Shown: piece by piece, positions 39,809 to 55,248 of the stretch | How positions within the stretch are numbered: position 1 is the first letter of the stretch | Layout of the letters: every line of letters starts with the position of its first letter | NCBI GenBank assembly: GCA_964016885.1 | Contig: OZ024740.1 | Span: forward strand, 400,458,001-400,522,000 | Direction: 5' to 3' | Origin: Eledone cirrhosa | Taxonomy: Eukaryota | Length of the DNA stretch: 64,000 bases | The notes under the pieces: model-generated | Told to the model about the DNA's origin: nothing | Seen by the model: the letters and a program-made list of their open reading frames with translations, nothing else | Databases searched by the model: none | Translations under genes and position numbers: made by a program

Positions 39809-39992
39809 TTGGCAGTATCGGTAGAGGGTCGGACGCCATGCTTTGACGCATAGAGTTACGGCCCTTGCCATTCTGAGTTCAAATTCCGCCGAGGTTAACT
39901 TTGCCTTTCATCCTTACGGGGTTGATAAAATAAAGTACCAGTAATGTACTGGGTAATTGCTGGCCTTGTGCCAATAGTAGAAACAATTATTT
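39809..39992 (+). mobile_element. Main SINE, near full length
   Basis: Homology to the family. Confidence 0.92.
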
Positions 39993-41364
39993 AATATTTA
40001 TTACATCGTGTTGTTTAGATTTTGCTTTACTATTTTTTTATATGGTTTAAACACCTCATGTTAGTTTTTTTTACCTGTTTATATCAATTGTTTGAGTTGC
40101 TTAGTATAAAGCTCTAAATTCTGGTTTTAATTATTAATTAGTTTAGGCTGTGAGCCCATTTCGTTTAGGGTTTATAACTGTTAAATTAATAATTGGTGGT
40201 TTCTTTATACGGTTCATTGTCTTGTTGCTTGTTTACCTTTTTAGCTTGTCTTAACTGATCGTTAAGTAAGTTGTTGGTTTCGGGAATGATGTGGATTCGG
40301 TTGATAGGTAATTTTGAATTTTTGTTTTATACAGTTATGATTCTTATCGTTAAGCGAGTTGATTGTATCGGCGAGAATTTCTGTTTTGATATTAGTGGAA
40401 TATGACGCTGCGAGTGAACATAAAATAATTTTCCTTTCGGATCGGTTCTTATTCGTTGATGGTATAATACTGGAATTTGTTAATTTGTGTTTGTTCTGTT
40501 TCTGTTTAAGTGTAATACTGATTACATAAAGAAGTATGGAGGCTTTAGCTACATAAAAATCACATAACGTGACGTTTGAAGTTTGAAGGCGTCTGCCACC
40601 CTTGTACCACTAGTTGGCATTGGGTTGGTTATTGTTAAGTAGTTAGGTGTGTTTAATATATAGATGACAATTGTTCCTGGATAGCATGGGTCAGTGGTCA
40701 CTCTGACTGCGGCTATAATAAGTCAATTAACAATTATATATACATTATATATATATATATAAATCAGAATGGAATCAGTTTGAAATTGATTAGGCCATTA
40801 CTCAACAGAGTACTAGAGACTTTCGGAATTAAAGTATGGCTATATTATAAAGAGTCGGGACTCGACGGCTAAGCTCTTGCCATTTGAACAGCTAGTTATA
40901 TATATATATAGTATAAGAATATCACCGAATTTATTTCAACGATCTACGGTCACTACCTACTCACTCGACGAGAGAATAAACTTGCAATTAAAAAACTGCA
41001 AATTATCATAAGATCAGACTGCACAGAATTAGTTAATTAGTGGGAAAGATGGCACAGTTTTGGTAAGGATACCTCCGTATCAAATTCTTAGAAGTATCGC
41101 GTTTCTGCGCAGTATTCTGTCTATAGCAGTTATTAAAATTGTAATTCGCAGAGAATTGCATACTAGCAGCAGACATCACATACTTTTGACTGTTGCACGT
41201 CATAAGCAGGCTGTCCATCTCAACATTTCAGTCTTTAAAGCAAACACAACTGCACAGAATCATAGCTTGACGAAATCTAGCTGTTCGATGTTGCCGTGAC
41301 ACGTGACCTCTAAAAAAGACCAAGACCTTCAGTTCAGAAAAAAGCTGGAATTCGTTGCTTGTGC

Positions 41365-41443
<79 letters not shown>

Positions 41444-41655
41444 CGTATATATATATATACCGCATATATATGTACCGTATATATATATATATATATATAT
41501 ATACCGCATATATATGTACCGTATATATATATATATATATACCGCATATATAAATTAACCGATATAAAAGACACAGAAGCGAAAACCAACCAAACAGTGA
41601 GTGTGTTCTGTTATTAATTCTGGGAATATTATTAAACAAATATGACCCACCCCAA

Positions 41656-41693
<38 letters not shown>

Positions 41694-41725
41694 AGACAGA
41701 GAGAGAGAGATTTTTTCTCTCTCTT

Positions 41726-41758
<33 letters not shown>

Positions 41759-42755
41759 GTATGTTCTTCTGGTTTTATAATTTCACAAATGTTTTCCCAA
41801 TAGAGAGAGAGTCGGTTTCTAACACAAGACTCTCTCATTGGAATTTACACAACATCAACTAGGTAGATATGTATGTATGTCTGCATGCATGCATGTGTGT
41901 ACAGCTATGGATGTTACTGTATGTGTGGATGTGGATGTTCTGAGTTGTATGTTTGCATGTGCATATGCTTTGTATCTGCACATGTGTACATCTGTACATT
42001 CATTGATTAGATGCAACAGTTTTGGAATGTTTTCCATTAATGGATTGTACTTGTAATTTCCTAACTAGTTGTGTATGTATGTATGTATGTATGTATGTAT
42101 GTATGTATGTATGTATGTATGTATGTATGTATGTATGTGCACGTTTGTGTGTATACTATATTTACAATTTTCTGAGTGTGCTCGTATATATAAGTTCACA
42201 CTTTCCCGCATAAATATCGAGAAATATGTTAAATACATATCAATATAATCATAACGAATATGAGTTCCCCAACCTTCCTTTCGCAGATATATACAAATAT
42301 ATAGTAAAACAAATCAAGCAGTAGTAACAGACTGAAAAGCGCTAATCTCCGAAGGTCTGATGCTCTTAAATGTTGATAATTTAATTGTTTCTGAATGAGG
42401 TCCATGAAGAAAAAAAAAAAAAGAAAGAAATAGATAAACATAGAACTGATGATAATAATATGAAAGATTGCTTAAATAAGGTGTCGACGATACTAAGGTT
42501 TAAGCAGTTAATGGTATTGCTATGGAAAGGAAGTACTTCTGAGAAAATATGTACGTGTATATATTAATTTATTTTATCTATTTTTCCTGCCATTCAAATC
42601 CGATTTGTTTTCACCTTTTTATAATGTACTTGTTCCGCCTAGAATCAGGTGATAATGAGAAGTTGTCTGACAACATCTCTGTCATTACTCATCAATATAT
42701 ATAAATATATATATATGTGTATATATATATATATGTATATATATATATTTATATA

Positions 42756-42804
<49 letters not shown>

Positions 42805-42937
42805 GAGCAGTTACACGCACATGCATGCACCCACACAAGTACACACGCACACACATGCATATATATATATATGCGTAAGTGTGGTGTATGTGTGTGTGCA
42901 TATGTGTTTGTGTGTGTGTATGCATGAGTATGTATTA

Positions 42938-42973
<36 letters not shown>

Positions 42974-43068
42974 CTTATACATTCATATTATATATTCATT
43001 TTAACTTATTTTATACTATTCGGACAAATTCCTCTTCCAATACATTTCTTACTCTTCTCTCTGTCTTT

Positions 43069-43112
<44 letters not shown>

Positions 43113-43113
43113 C

Positions 43114-43192
<79 letters not shown>

Positions 43193-44119
43193 GGAAAATA
43201 TGAAACGAAATTTCATTTCTCACTCTTAGTACGGCTGTTACTTAAATATAAGTATGTATACGTAAATACATATATGTATACAGACGTACAGTAGTATGTA
43301 TATATATATACATACATGCACACATATATATATGTACGTATGGATTCACCGAACATTTATTATAATGCTCGGTGTGTTTGTAAACAAACATCCCGTATTA
43401 AGCCGTAGTGTATGCAAATTAGGCTGCTCAGCCATTAATATACATAAGGAAAGTATATACTATTCTAGCAACATCTCTATCAATGGTCCAGTAGTTTCGC
43501 CAGTCTTACGAGTAATGATTTAGATACTTGTGCATTGATGAAACTGCGTTGTGCCAATCATTGATACCTAAAAGGAGGAAAGGGGTTGATTTAACAATTG
43601 CAATTCAGTTTTCAATTATTAACATTTTCCCAGTAATTTAGGCCCCTTTCTTCTATATATCTATTTAGATATTTGATTTTTTAGTTAATTAGTTATATTC
43701 TTAGGCAAGTAGTTAGCAGTTACTTGTGGTTTTATTGCACATTCTATTTACTGTTATTTGACTTGTTTTCAATTGCTGAATGACATAGTTTGCTTGTTTT
43801 CAGTTTATAAAGCAGGAGTGATTGAAACAAAAGCCAGCAAAATCAAATCAGGCCAATAATATATATTTGAAAGTATGTGTGAGCATGAAGTTATGAATGT
43901 ATGTATATATGTATAAACATATGTGTGTATGTATGAAGCACATGCTTAAATAATTTCTACCACATGAATACATTTAAATTTTGAGGATTCTATGATTCGA
44001 AATCAAGACATAAGGGGATATAAATATATGCTGCAAGACGTTTAATCCAAAACGATACAGATCCTACTATTTAGTGCCCTTTACTATAAGAATATTCCTA
44101 ACGCTAGGCGTAACATTGT

Positions 44120-44450
44120 TGAGTGGTTAAGAAGTTCGCTTCGCAATCATTAGCTGCCGGATTCGATCCCAATGTGTGGAATCTTGGACAAGGAACATTT
44201 TTAATAGACCCGAATCAACACATGCCTTGTGAGTGAGATTGAGTTGACGGAAACTGTTTGAAAGCACATCAGATGGACTGTAAAGGCAATTGAAAAGGCC
44301 AGCCTTGTCACATGCCGTGTCACTTTGAATATCTCTGAGCATTAGGTTAATGGTACATTTGTCTGTGGAATGCTCTGCTGTTACAAATTAATTTCATGTG
44401 GAGGCCGTTCCGTTGATTGATCTAATGAAACACTCGTCATGCAAACCGAA
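44120..44450 (+). mobile_element. Third tRNA-derived SINE family (diverged)
   Basis: gagtggttaagaagttcgcttcgcaatc...ggattcgatccca A/B-box head followed by a distinct body. Confidence 0.55.
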
Positions 44451-44595
44451 GGATTTAAGTTCCATTAATAATAATTCCCAGTTTAGGTAAGAAACGTCAG
44501 TTTTAGGAAAGCTAATATATTATCAGGGTCATACTGATAATTAAAATATGCGCACCAGTTGCTTTGCACTTCAGTTTTCATTATTAATCCGACTA

Positions 44596-44817
44596 GGGCG
44601 GTGGATTGGCAGCTTCGGTAGAGGGTCGGACGCCATGCTTTGCAGAATAGAGTTACGGCCTCTTATGATCTGAGTTCAAATCCCGCTGCGGTTAACTTTG
44701 CCTTTCATCCTTATGGGGTCGATAAAATAAAGTACCAGTCACGCACTGGGGTCGATTTAATCGACTTTCCCCTCCCCCTAAAATTGCTGGCCTTGTCCCT
44801 AAATCAGAAAACATTAC
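44596..44817 (+). mobile_element. Main SINE (long-tail form), full length with 12-bp TSD
   Basis: TSD taatccgactag at 44585-44596 and 44818-44829. Confidence 0.93.
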
Positions 44818-45385
44818 TAATCCGACTAGTAATCCATCTATCTGTTGGTTAATCACCTATTCGGGTATTTACCTAATTATCAAAGTTCTTTCGTCACACA
44901 ATCTGTGGCGTTATCAATGACATTTGTTGTCAGTTTTATCTCTCCGTCATGATTGACATCTAATTTATTCCATCTTTCTTCTTTACCTTTATCAGCCAAT
45001 TTATCCCAGCGTCCCTTGGCTCACATTTCCCCGACACCAGGAAGATGGAAGCGAGTTTGACAATGACGGAATTTGAACTCACTCCATAAGTTGTTTTTCA
45101 TCGACGCTTTTTCAGTTTTACCAACCCACCTCTACCCATAATGAGAATAAGGAGGGATAACACATGAATGATCATCGTGATGTTGATAGTAATAATGCTG
45201 ATTAAGGTGAAGATACTACTATTACTACTATCACTACTGTTACTACCGTTGCTGTTGCCACTACTACTAATTTCAGTAATAAGGGCATGTACCATATATG
45301 AACAGTCAAAGGTTGCGAAGAATATAACATAAATCTCACAATCCTTAATAGGATTGTTAATAAAATAACACAAGAAAAGTACATA

Positions 45386-45837
45386 AATAATGATTTCTAA
45401 ATTAGGCTCAAGGGCAACAGTTTATGGGTTGAGGAAAGTCGACTAAATCTACCCTAATACTTGACTGGTATATATATATTTTTTATTTTACCCAAAAAGA
45501 TCAAAGGCAGAACTAACCTCAGTGGGATTTGAACCCACAACGTGAAGGGCCTTAAATAAATGCTGCGAAGCAGTTTATTTCATAATCTAACCTTTCTACC
45601 AATCTACCTCCCTAAGAAAGGGTTTCTTATTTAGGCATGAGGCCGAAAGTTTTTAGGCAATGTAAAGTCGATTAGATCAACCCTAGTGCATTACTGGTAC
45701 TTTACTTTATCGACACTGTAAGGATGAAAGGCAAAGCTAACCTCGGCGGGATTTGAACACATAACGCAAAGGGCCCACACCCTTTGCTGCGAAACGTGCT
45801 GTCCGACGCTGTACCGGTACTGCCAATCGACCGCCCT
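45386..45837 (-). mobile_element. Two tandem diverged main-SINE copies (about 45386-45612 and 45622-45837)
   Basis: Each has tail, central domain and head. Confidence 0.82.
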
Positions 45838-48800
45838 AAATAATCAGAGATAAAAACGAATCAATTATACCATAATAGTAATACTCAGAATTTCACATTG
45901 CTTAAGACAATAGATCCACGTTAAAAGATGGAAGCGAAACGTTCCTCTCCGACACAAAAAGATTTCATAGAAAAAATACAATAGGAAATGGAGAGAGTGG
46001 GGATAAGAATTAACTAGAAAATTCGTAAATTGCCTGTTGGTTTGTTATGACTAGACATAATACTCGAAAAAGGAAATCAGTGACAATAAACAACATTAAT
46101 ATGAACTAAAACCGTAACATATAAGAACAGCGATAATAATATCTAATTGAAGGGCTTATAATAATGTAGCTGCAATATATGTTCAGTTGGATTGTGAATA
46201 GTTGTAATACGTTAAAACAGTTACGATTTCACTTCAACAAGGATTTCTGAAAAATCAATTAGTATGTAAGTGCAAGTTTTATATTCAGCCGATTGTACAA
46301 AAATAACCGTTGTGCGTTTTGATTGAGCAAACCCATCATTTCTTGCGTTTCACTAGTGGCAATCCTTCCTATTTCTTTCAGTGAGTACAACCAGGATTGC
46401 ATTATGTAACGTGTCTTTCTTTTTTTGGAAAGCTTAAGGTATTTTAAGGGATATGTGGCAACTCTTTATGCAGGTCTATGTACTAGCTTCCTTGATAACC
46501 AAATTTTATATAGATATAATATTAAGACAGGACCTAACATAACTATCTTGCATCAAATTCTATAATTCTGTTCATTATTGATTGTTGTCCTTTCGCTTCA
46601 ATGTAATACGGGACATATCACTTATAGCTTACAGGCTACTACATCGAAAATCTTCGGATAATTTTACATGTATATAAAACGGGAGCGTTAAATACGTAAT
46701 ATTAAAAGAAAAATTGCCCATAGATATAGCATTGTATTGCACCATTCATAAAATCTGAGGTGTGGCGACCTATATAGTAGACTGTTTTTTACAACATTGA
46801 CAATGCTTTTGAAACAGAAATATGAATCAGCTATCTTAATGGTATATGGATTCACATTCACATCCACATACGCACTTATGTCATGTCATCATTCTGACAC
46901 AACTTTCGCCTTCGTATATATTTTTCTAATTGTTTTCTTTTTTTCCTTTATGAGAGACAGATTCACCCCAATCAGTTATGAAAGACATGCAATGAGTTAG
47001 TTGGATTAGGTCGTCGCATTCATGTTACAATTATTATTATTATTATTATTTATTTTTTGATTCTGCACGATTCTTGTTAATGTTACTTCGCTTCTTGCTT
47101 ACTTTACAAATTTTAAATATTTTCTGCACTTCCTCTTTACACAATGATTGATTGTTAACTTTGTGTGTCTGTCATGGTGGTCTGAGTAGTCAATTTTGTT
47201 TCTTTTTTTCATCTAAGCAGATTCGAGGTGTTAACGTTTATGCAGTTACATTCTCGTCAGAGACGTGATCTTGTCATCTGTCACAGACAATCAGTCACAA
47301 CACTTGTACTTTTTACAAGATTTATATTTTTTATTGGTGCAGTTTTTTGTCGGATGGTGCCATATATGTTGTTACTTTCCTTGCTACTCTTCCCCACTCC
47401 TTTTCTCCTATTCAACCTCACCTCATTCTTCTTATTTATTGTTGCTGTTATTTGTTTATTGTTAGTTTCATTGTTGTTGTTGTTTCAGGCTGTCCACACA
47501 AAATAAATTTCATCGTCAGTGAGACAGTAAAAAGTAATCGTGACTAGTTTTCTATTCTTATTTATATTATTTATTTATATCCTCCCATTTAAAAGAAGCC
47601 ATGGATTCTTTTACTTTATATTTCATTCTCTTCTCAATATATTAGTATTTTGTGGGTGTTAATTTTCAACTTTCGAGATCAGTTGTGTACACATTTTCTG
47701 TTTCAAACACAACCAGGGCTATTGGATACGTATTACATCTAATTCTATGCAAATGATTTAACGGAATATTTTCTTTCTTAAGGTTCAAAACGCAATTAAT
47801 ATTTAGAAGCCGAGTAAAATTTAATATTTCTGAACCTCAGTTGTATTATATACGTTCATCTCGTAATTGAGGTTGTTTTGTCTATCGACATTCTTATAAA
47901 TGTTATCAAGATATACGTTCATATACATACATATCTATTCATTTATTATTTAAGATTATACAACAAAAATACATGCTTGCGTAATTCTAATTGCAGATGT
48001 ATTTCGTATAGAAAATATAAACTGTTCGTACCTAAATATTCGCCAGTCTGCGAAACGTAAAGAAGGTATACGGGATTAAAATCCTGCTTGTAAGGTAACA
48101 TATATCCAGTTGTCTTGATAGCATTAATTCTAACAAAGAATTTGAGTATGATACAACAGCTATTTAATCAATAGAGATATGAGTTCAGAAATACAGCGAA
48201 TCGCTACTATGGAGATGGAGTATTCCAATATTGAAGTCGTAATACTTTAACACGTATTTGAATGGCTATGTTGTACATGTGTTAAAGGAGGCTTGCATAT
48301 TTGTTAGTGTTTCTTATATGCTTCGAGAGTGAGAGCTTACTGAATGTTGACATAGGACGGTAAATCTAAGGTAAAATTGACAACGCAAAAAGCGTACTTT
48401 TGTTCGGAGAACATGGAATAAATCTCAGCTATTGGTGAGGAGCCCATGGTTGACAAGATCAGAGAGGCCGTAGCATGCTCGATACTTTATGGGAGACCAT
48501 CACGATATTTGGTACATACAATCAGATCCATTTTACACGTGGCAGAGGCTGGTTGACGGGACACAACATAACACATTTTGCAGACACATAACAATATGAC
48601 AATTGTTTGCAGAACGGTTTCAGTGCTTAGGCTGCATCTGGACAGCACCTTCCATATTAATTTGCAGTAGCAGTAACATAGCGCAGTTCATAAAATAGGT
48701 GTCTACGAAAGCACATATATGTTTATGGATAATAAACGTACTAGAATGTTGCTATGATTATTTATAGCTTTAAACATTCATAGCGAGAGTGTCGTATATT

Positions 48801-48852
48801 TATTGTACATAAACATATCGTATATGCTTTCATGCTTACCGCTATAATAATA

Positions 48853-50600
48853 ATTCTTCTTTCATTGGCCACAAGGGCCGAAACATATAAGACAATACAA
48901 AAGAAAAAGACAGTGTGAATTTACAAAAAATTGAAAATGTCTAAACAAACAAAACAAATAAAAAACAATAAATTGATATCCAACCTTATCAAAAAGAGCA
49001 CCATCGGATGGTGCACCTCTTCTCCGTAAACTCTCAAGCCTACTGGCGAGTGATCAGAGTAAGTCCATCCACTCCGGCCATTCTCACTACATTCACTTAC
49101 CTTTTAACATAAGTACTGGGAGGGGTGGGGAAGTACTTCCCTCTCTACACATAATTTCATTTCCAACCGGAACTTGATAAAGTTGATGAAAGCTTGGCCG
49201 AAGAGGAAAGTGCCTGTCTTCAGTCATTTGAAATGCGCCCATTACATAACTTGTTTCGCTACATCTCTCAGACAGAGGAAAGTTGCCTGCATTTCTGGTC
49301 CAAAAGAAAGTGGCGGGGTCATCTTCACGATGGCCTCCATCAATTGCCGGATCCCTCCTGCACGCGATATTAGGTGTTCGACAAATTACATGTCAGCAAT
49401 GCTTGTACACTGAACGAGTGCATGTAGAACGGTTTTATTGCTCTACGTGCATCTCAGATAGGTCCGACTGACAGCAGATCCGAGCCTGTAGTTTTTGTCT
49501 GAAACTGGGAGTGCCCCTCCGGCGCGATATACTTGGCGTCCCCTGTGCCTGATCTTCCATGGATAGATCCCTCTCGGCCCATTTCTGAGTAAGACTGGCC
49601 ATTCTAGTCGTTCTTTGCCTCCGTTCCTACCCACCTGGAGGACGGAACCAAACCAGTCCCGGGAAACCTCACCGATGAATATGAGTCCGGGACGCTTTTC
49701 AATGGCATGGATTTTCCTCTTCCGGTGTCGAGCTGCAAAACCACGGACTTTTCCCTGTTGCTCCCGTTCACCATAAAGTTGCCGACCATCTCAATTTCTG
49801 AGGTGTTAGACACCATCGTGGTGACGTTTTCCGCAGCCTTGTCACGTCCCTGTTCCAGCGGAACGTCATGTACCTGTTCCAGCTTCCACAGTAGTGGCTA
49901 GAGATTATGTACCTACAGAAGGAAGGAGAGGGCATTGAAAACTCGAGCGCAAGATCTGGAACGGTTCCGATATGTGACCATTTACTTTAACCACCGAGCA
50001 GATGCCGTTGTGCATTGCGGACAGCTTCCAATTAAAGATGCTCAAGCTTATCGAAAGCTTTCGTTTGATCTGAATTGATTAGTCTCACCAAAGCCAGGAT
50101 TTCTCTCTACCCTTTCAAAGATATATCGCATAAGGTTGGCGGTTTCGTGTGTGGACATGATCTGCATTGCGCACGTCTTCGCCTCTCCTACCAGGCATTT
50201 GATTACATGCGCCACTTGGCCACTTGGCGAAAATCTTAAACTATGTGTTAAACTGAGTTATGGGCTGGAAATTAACAATAACGTCCCACCTTTTCTCGTC
50301 TTTCCTCGTCAATAGACAGCTTCGAGGACACCAAAAAACAAGTCTGGCATGTTTACGAAACTTTCATAGACAGAAACACCCAAACCAGGCGATTTGGACC
50401 TCTTACAACGGGCCTGTACTACCCGTATCCCGGCTGTTGTTATTAGCTTCTCACATCACACAGCATCTTCCGTCACGAAACTCCGTCGAGTTAGGAATTG
50501 TAGTCCGCTACCCGCTCTGACCTCTTGCTCGCCCAGAACAGTTGTCCAAAGAGCTGCTGAAAAGTGGTGTTTTTTAAGCTGTGCTTACTATTGAGGCAAC
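48853..50600 (-). mobile_element. Decayed Tx1/L1-type LINE, internally deleted
   Basis: Minus strand: 3' end ggcccttgtggccaatgaaagaagaattatt; NREKSVVLQLDTGRGKSMP matches NQEKSVGLQLGTWRGRSMP; LINSDQTKAFDKL RT motif near 50050-50090. Confidence 0.82.
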
Positions 50601-50962
50601 GGAGTTCATGGTGGCAGACTTTGGCAGTGGTGGAAAATAAGATTCATTCATCCTCCTGCTGCACGTGTTTTCAGCTTTCTTTTTGCTGTCGTTGTTGTTT
50701 GTTACTATTTCTCCTTATACTGTTACTGTTGATGTTTCTACTGCTGTCACTATGAATTTTGGCTGTTTCGGATGCAAAGTTCTTGTCCGCCATTTTAATT
50801 GCAACAAACATTGACGGGCATGTTTAATAAACAAACGCAGTTTTAGCCCCTCGGGATTGCAGGTAGTGATAAACTAACTAGCCCACAAAGATGGGGATTA
50901 TTATTGCAACAACTCAATATATAATTTCCTGACAACAACAACAACAACGACAATACTAATAA

Positions 50963-51178
50963 TGATGATTTCCACTATAGGCACAAGGCCAGCAATTTGA
51001 AAGGGAGGGGAAAGTAGATTTATCGAGCCCAATGAATAACTGGTGCATTAGTTTATCGATCCTGTAAGGATGAAAGGCAAAACTAACCTAAGCGGGATTT
51101 GAACTCAGAAGGTAAAAGGCCGTAACCCCATGCTGCAAAGCACGTCTAACGCCCTACAGATACTGCCAATCGATCGCA
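50963..51178 (-). mobile_element. Main SINE (long-tail form), diverged
   Basis: Homology to the family. Confidence 0.85.
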
Positions 51179-51182
51179 GACA

Positions 51183-51255
<73 letters not shown>

Positions 51256-54200
51256 CACCCGGGTCAAAAAGGGCCGCGTCCCTCAGAGAGGAACCAGACT
51301 GGGGTCGAAAAATCAGCTAATGGTTCAAACCTTCCCATCACTTCGGAGCTGGAGACCTCCCATAACCGGAATACTCCTACTGTTGGCCCTTCATGCTCAC
51401 CACCAAGAAATCCAAAGAAAAAGAGAGAAAAATGGTCAAAGGAAGATAATAAAGAAGTCCTTGAGGCTTTCTACACTGCCATGTACTACCCATCAAATAC
51501 ATCGAATACAGAACAGACATATATCAACTGGAAAAAGAAACATCCCGAAAACAGAAGCTATATTAACAGTAACAAACTAGCCAATATACGAAGAAATATT
51601 GTAAAAAAAAAGTTACTAACTGATATAGAAATTGATCAGATCAAGCTATTAGCACAAAGTCAGCGAAGGGAAAATGAAACATGTGTCAGTGAAAACGAGG
51701 TAAATTGTAACACTTCGAATCCCAGGGTTGGGGCGGAATCACTGACAACAGAACAAATTAAAGAAAGGATCGAAAAAGTGGAGGGAGTGCATGCTCAAGA
51801 TGAAACTCAAAATGAAAACAATGAGATCGTAAATGATAAAGAAATGAATGAGAATGAACTTGCCAACTTGAAGGATGAAATTATGATCGAATGGATGAGA
51901 ATGAAAGGATCTGACATGGGGGAACGAGACACCCTCCCTAAGATCCAGAACTCCAAACAGAACCAAAAGATAATACAGAAGACTAACATAATTCTCAAAA
52001 ACATTATCATCACAAACAAACTAAACATTACTGATTTAAATCATCTCTATTATACATCGGCTAAAGTCACCACTCACTTATGTGAAGTGAAAATGAAAAA
52101 AACAAAGGAATTCCCACAAGAAATCTACTTGGCAAGAGAACATCAATCGCCAAATAAACCTTCTCCAATCTGACATATGAATTTTAACAAACTATAAAGT
52201 AGGTGTACATGTTAAACAAACTAAACTTAGAAAATTGAAAAGAAAGTACAGTATAAAATCAACAAGTGACATAGACATGCTGACAGAAATAATCAAGCAA
52301 AAAGTGTCGGCCAAAGCTGCTCGTATAAGGCGCTTTGAAAAACGATCTAGATTCTATAAGGACAATAATATGTTCAAAAACAACCAATGAAACTTCTACA
52401 GAAAAATTGGTAAGTCAACAATAACTGCTAAATCAATACCACCCAAGGAGGAAGTGCAAGAATTCTGGGAAAAGATCTGGGCCGAAGAAAAAGTTCATAA
52501 TATACATGCCCCATGGATAGACAGACAAATGAAAGATACAGCTCACCTTGAGGAACAAATATGGGAAAATATAACAGTTGAACAGTTGCGTTTGGCTCTT
52601 AGAAAAACCAGCAAATGGAAATCCCCAGGAAAAGACAAAATACAAAATGTTTGGATAAATGCCTTCACAGAGTCTCATGAGCTGTTAGCCCAACTTTACA
52701 ATGAAATAGTTAAGGAGCCAGAAAAGATACCATCATGGCTAGTTAACGGCATTACATTCCTGCTTCCGAAGAATGATGAGACAAACAATCCCAAAAATTA
52801 CAGACTGCTAACTTACTTGACCACAATGTATAAAATTTTAACATCAGTCCTAACTGAATATACATATGACCACCTGATAACAAATGACCTATTTCCCATT
52901 GAGCAGAAAGGGTGTAAACGAGGCTGTAAGGATCAGCTTTTGGTTAACAAAATGATACTGGATGATTGTCATAATAGACACAAAAATCTATCAATTGCTT
53001 GGATAGATTATAAAAAAGCATTCGATAGTTTGCGACACAGTTGGATTGAAAAATGTTTAGAGATTTTCAAAATATCTCCCGTTGTCAGGAGGTTTTTGTC
53101 ATTCAGTATGAAGACATGGAAAACGACACTCCTTTTGAATAGTGAAACAAAATCACTGGCAGCAGGAGAAGTTAATATTTATTGTGGAATTTTTCAGGGT
53201 GACTCTTTATCACCGCTTTTATTCTGCATCGCACTTATACCATTAAGTAAAATGCTCAATGAAACAAAACATAAAGTCTATGACAAAACCATTAATAACT
53301 TGTTCTACATGGATGACCTGAAACTATTTGCAAAAAATGATGAACAATTGCAAGGGCTATTATCCACTGTGGAACAGTTCAGTGATGACATTAAAATGGA
53401 GTTTGGACTAGATAAATGCGCCAAAGCAACGTTCACCAGAGGAAAGCTGCTGAAAAGTTCAGACATTAATCTTGATCGGGGGAATGCGATAAGAGAACTT
53501 GATCAAGAGGAAACTTACAAATATCTAGGTGTTTGTGAAGGAGACGGAATCAAGCACTCGACAATGAGGGAAAGGATAAGGAAGGATTGTTACCGCAGAG
53601 TAAGAGCAATCTTAAGAACGGAATTGAATGCAAGGAATAGGATCGATGCCATAAACACACTTGCCATATCAGTAGTAACCTACAGTTACAATGTCATCAA
53701 CTGGTCAAGCACAGAGATCCGTAGGCTCGATACAAAAATTCGAAAATTCTTAACCATGCACAGAATGCATCACCCTAAGGCAGATACAGATAGAATATAT
53801 CTCCCTAGGAAAGAAGGAGGACGTGGGTTAATCCAGTTAGACATTGCGTTGAAAACTGCAACAATTGGATTATCTACATATCTAAGGGAATCACATGATT
53901 GGATGATCAAACTCGTTTTGAAACACGAAAGCATCAAAAGATCATACTCCATTACAAAAGATGCACAAAGATACAGTAATGGACTACAAATTTCAGAAGT
54001 CCCATTTACTGCTGAAATGGAAAACACAGAACTGCAAAGAAAGAACTGCTACAGAAACTGGCTAAGAAATGGCAAGAAAAGCCTCTGTATGGAAAATACC
54101 CAGAACGAGCTAACAATCCTGATGTTGACAAAACTTTAACCCATCAGTGGTTGGCATCCTCTGGACTGAAATCGGAGACTGCAGGACTGAGTATATCAGC

Positions 54201-54834
54201 ACAAGATCAGTGTCTGCCAACAAAAAATTATCAAGCCAACTTAATAAAAAATGGATGCAGCGCATTATGCCGTGTATGTAAAAAACAACCAGAGACCATT
54301 GACCATATAATTTCAATGTGCAGTCCTATAGCTCCAACCGAATACCTAAACAGGCATGGCAGAGCTGCACAATACATACATTGGATAATGTGTAAGCATT
54401 TTGACCTGCCCCATCAAAAGAATTGGTGGGAGCATCAACCACCTCCCATACTTGAAAAAGATCATATCACAATCTTGTGGAACTTTAGCATCCAAACAGA
54501 CCGAAAAATAGATGCAAATAGACCTGATATAATACTGAAGGACTTTAAAAAGAGGGTATGCCTGCTAATTGATATGTCTGTTCCAATTGACAAGAATGTA
54601 TCTATAAAAACATTTGAAAAATTGAGCAAGTATAAGGACCTGGAGATAGAAATTGGAAAAATGTGGAAATTGAGAACTAAAACAATACCAGTGGTTGTAA
54701 GCGCTTTCGGAATGATACCTAAGGGGTCTAATGATTACTTATCGCAAATCCCAGGAAACCCGCGTATAGGAGAAATACAAAAGATAGTACTAATGAGAAC
54801 TGCCCATATACTAAGGAAGATTCTGTCAATATAA
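51256..54834 (+). pseudogene. Dong/R4 polyprotein (RT + RLE), broken into segments to 52173, 52454-54139 and 54151-54834
   Basis: IDYKKAFDS, GIFQGDSLSPLLF, YMDDLKL; CRVCKKQPETIDHIISMC; RPDII..LIDMSVP..EKLSKYKDL. Confidence 0.9.
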
Positions 54835-54979
54835 ATACATCACAAGTCTAAACACCTAAAGATGCATGTGTGTGTATGTATGTTCTTTCTTGAACATGGC
54901 TGACCTTGTTGTCTCTTGAGGTCACTGGTTGTGACTTGGTGATAACTCGTATGAACATAAAGCAAGATAAATACAACTA
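51256..54979 (+). mobile_element. Near-full-length R4/Dong-clade non-LTR retrotransposon in (TAA)n
   Basis: Single frameshifted ORF with RT and C-terminal CCHC plus restriction-like endonuclease; (TAA)n on both sides, the known Dong target. Confidence 0.9.
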
Positions 54980-55248
54980 TAATAATAATAATAATTGTTT
55001 CTACTTTTGGCACAAGGCCAGCAATTATCCAGTACATTACTGGTACTTTATTTTATCGACCCCGTAACGATGAATGGCAAAGTTGACCTCGACGGGATTT
55101 GAACTCAGAATGGAAAGGGTTCAAATCCCGCCGAGGTAAACTTTGCCTTTCATCGTTACGGGGTCGATAAAATAAAGTACCAGTAATGTACTGGGTAATT
55201 TTTGGCCTTGTGCCAAAAGTAGAAACAATTATTATTATTATTATCATT
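54980..55248. mobile_element. Head-to-head pair of 5'-truncated main SINEs joining the two LINEs
   Basis: Minus copy to about 55118, plus copy from gttcaaatccc at about 55118; tails point outward. Confidence 0.9.

Noticed and set aside
44596-44685. tRNA gene
   Set aside because: The A/B boxes belong to SINE heads; no complete cloverleaf or anticodon arm.
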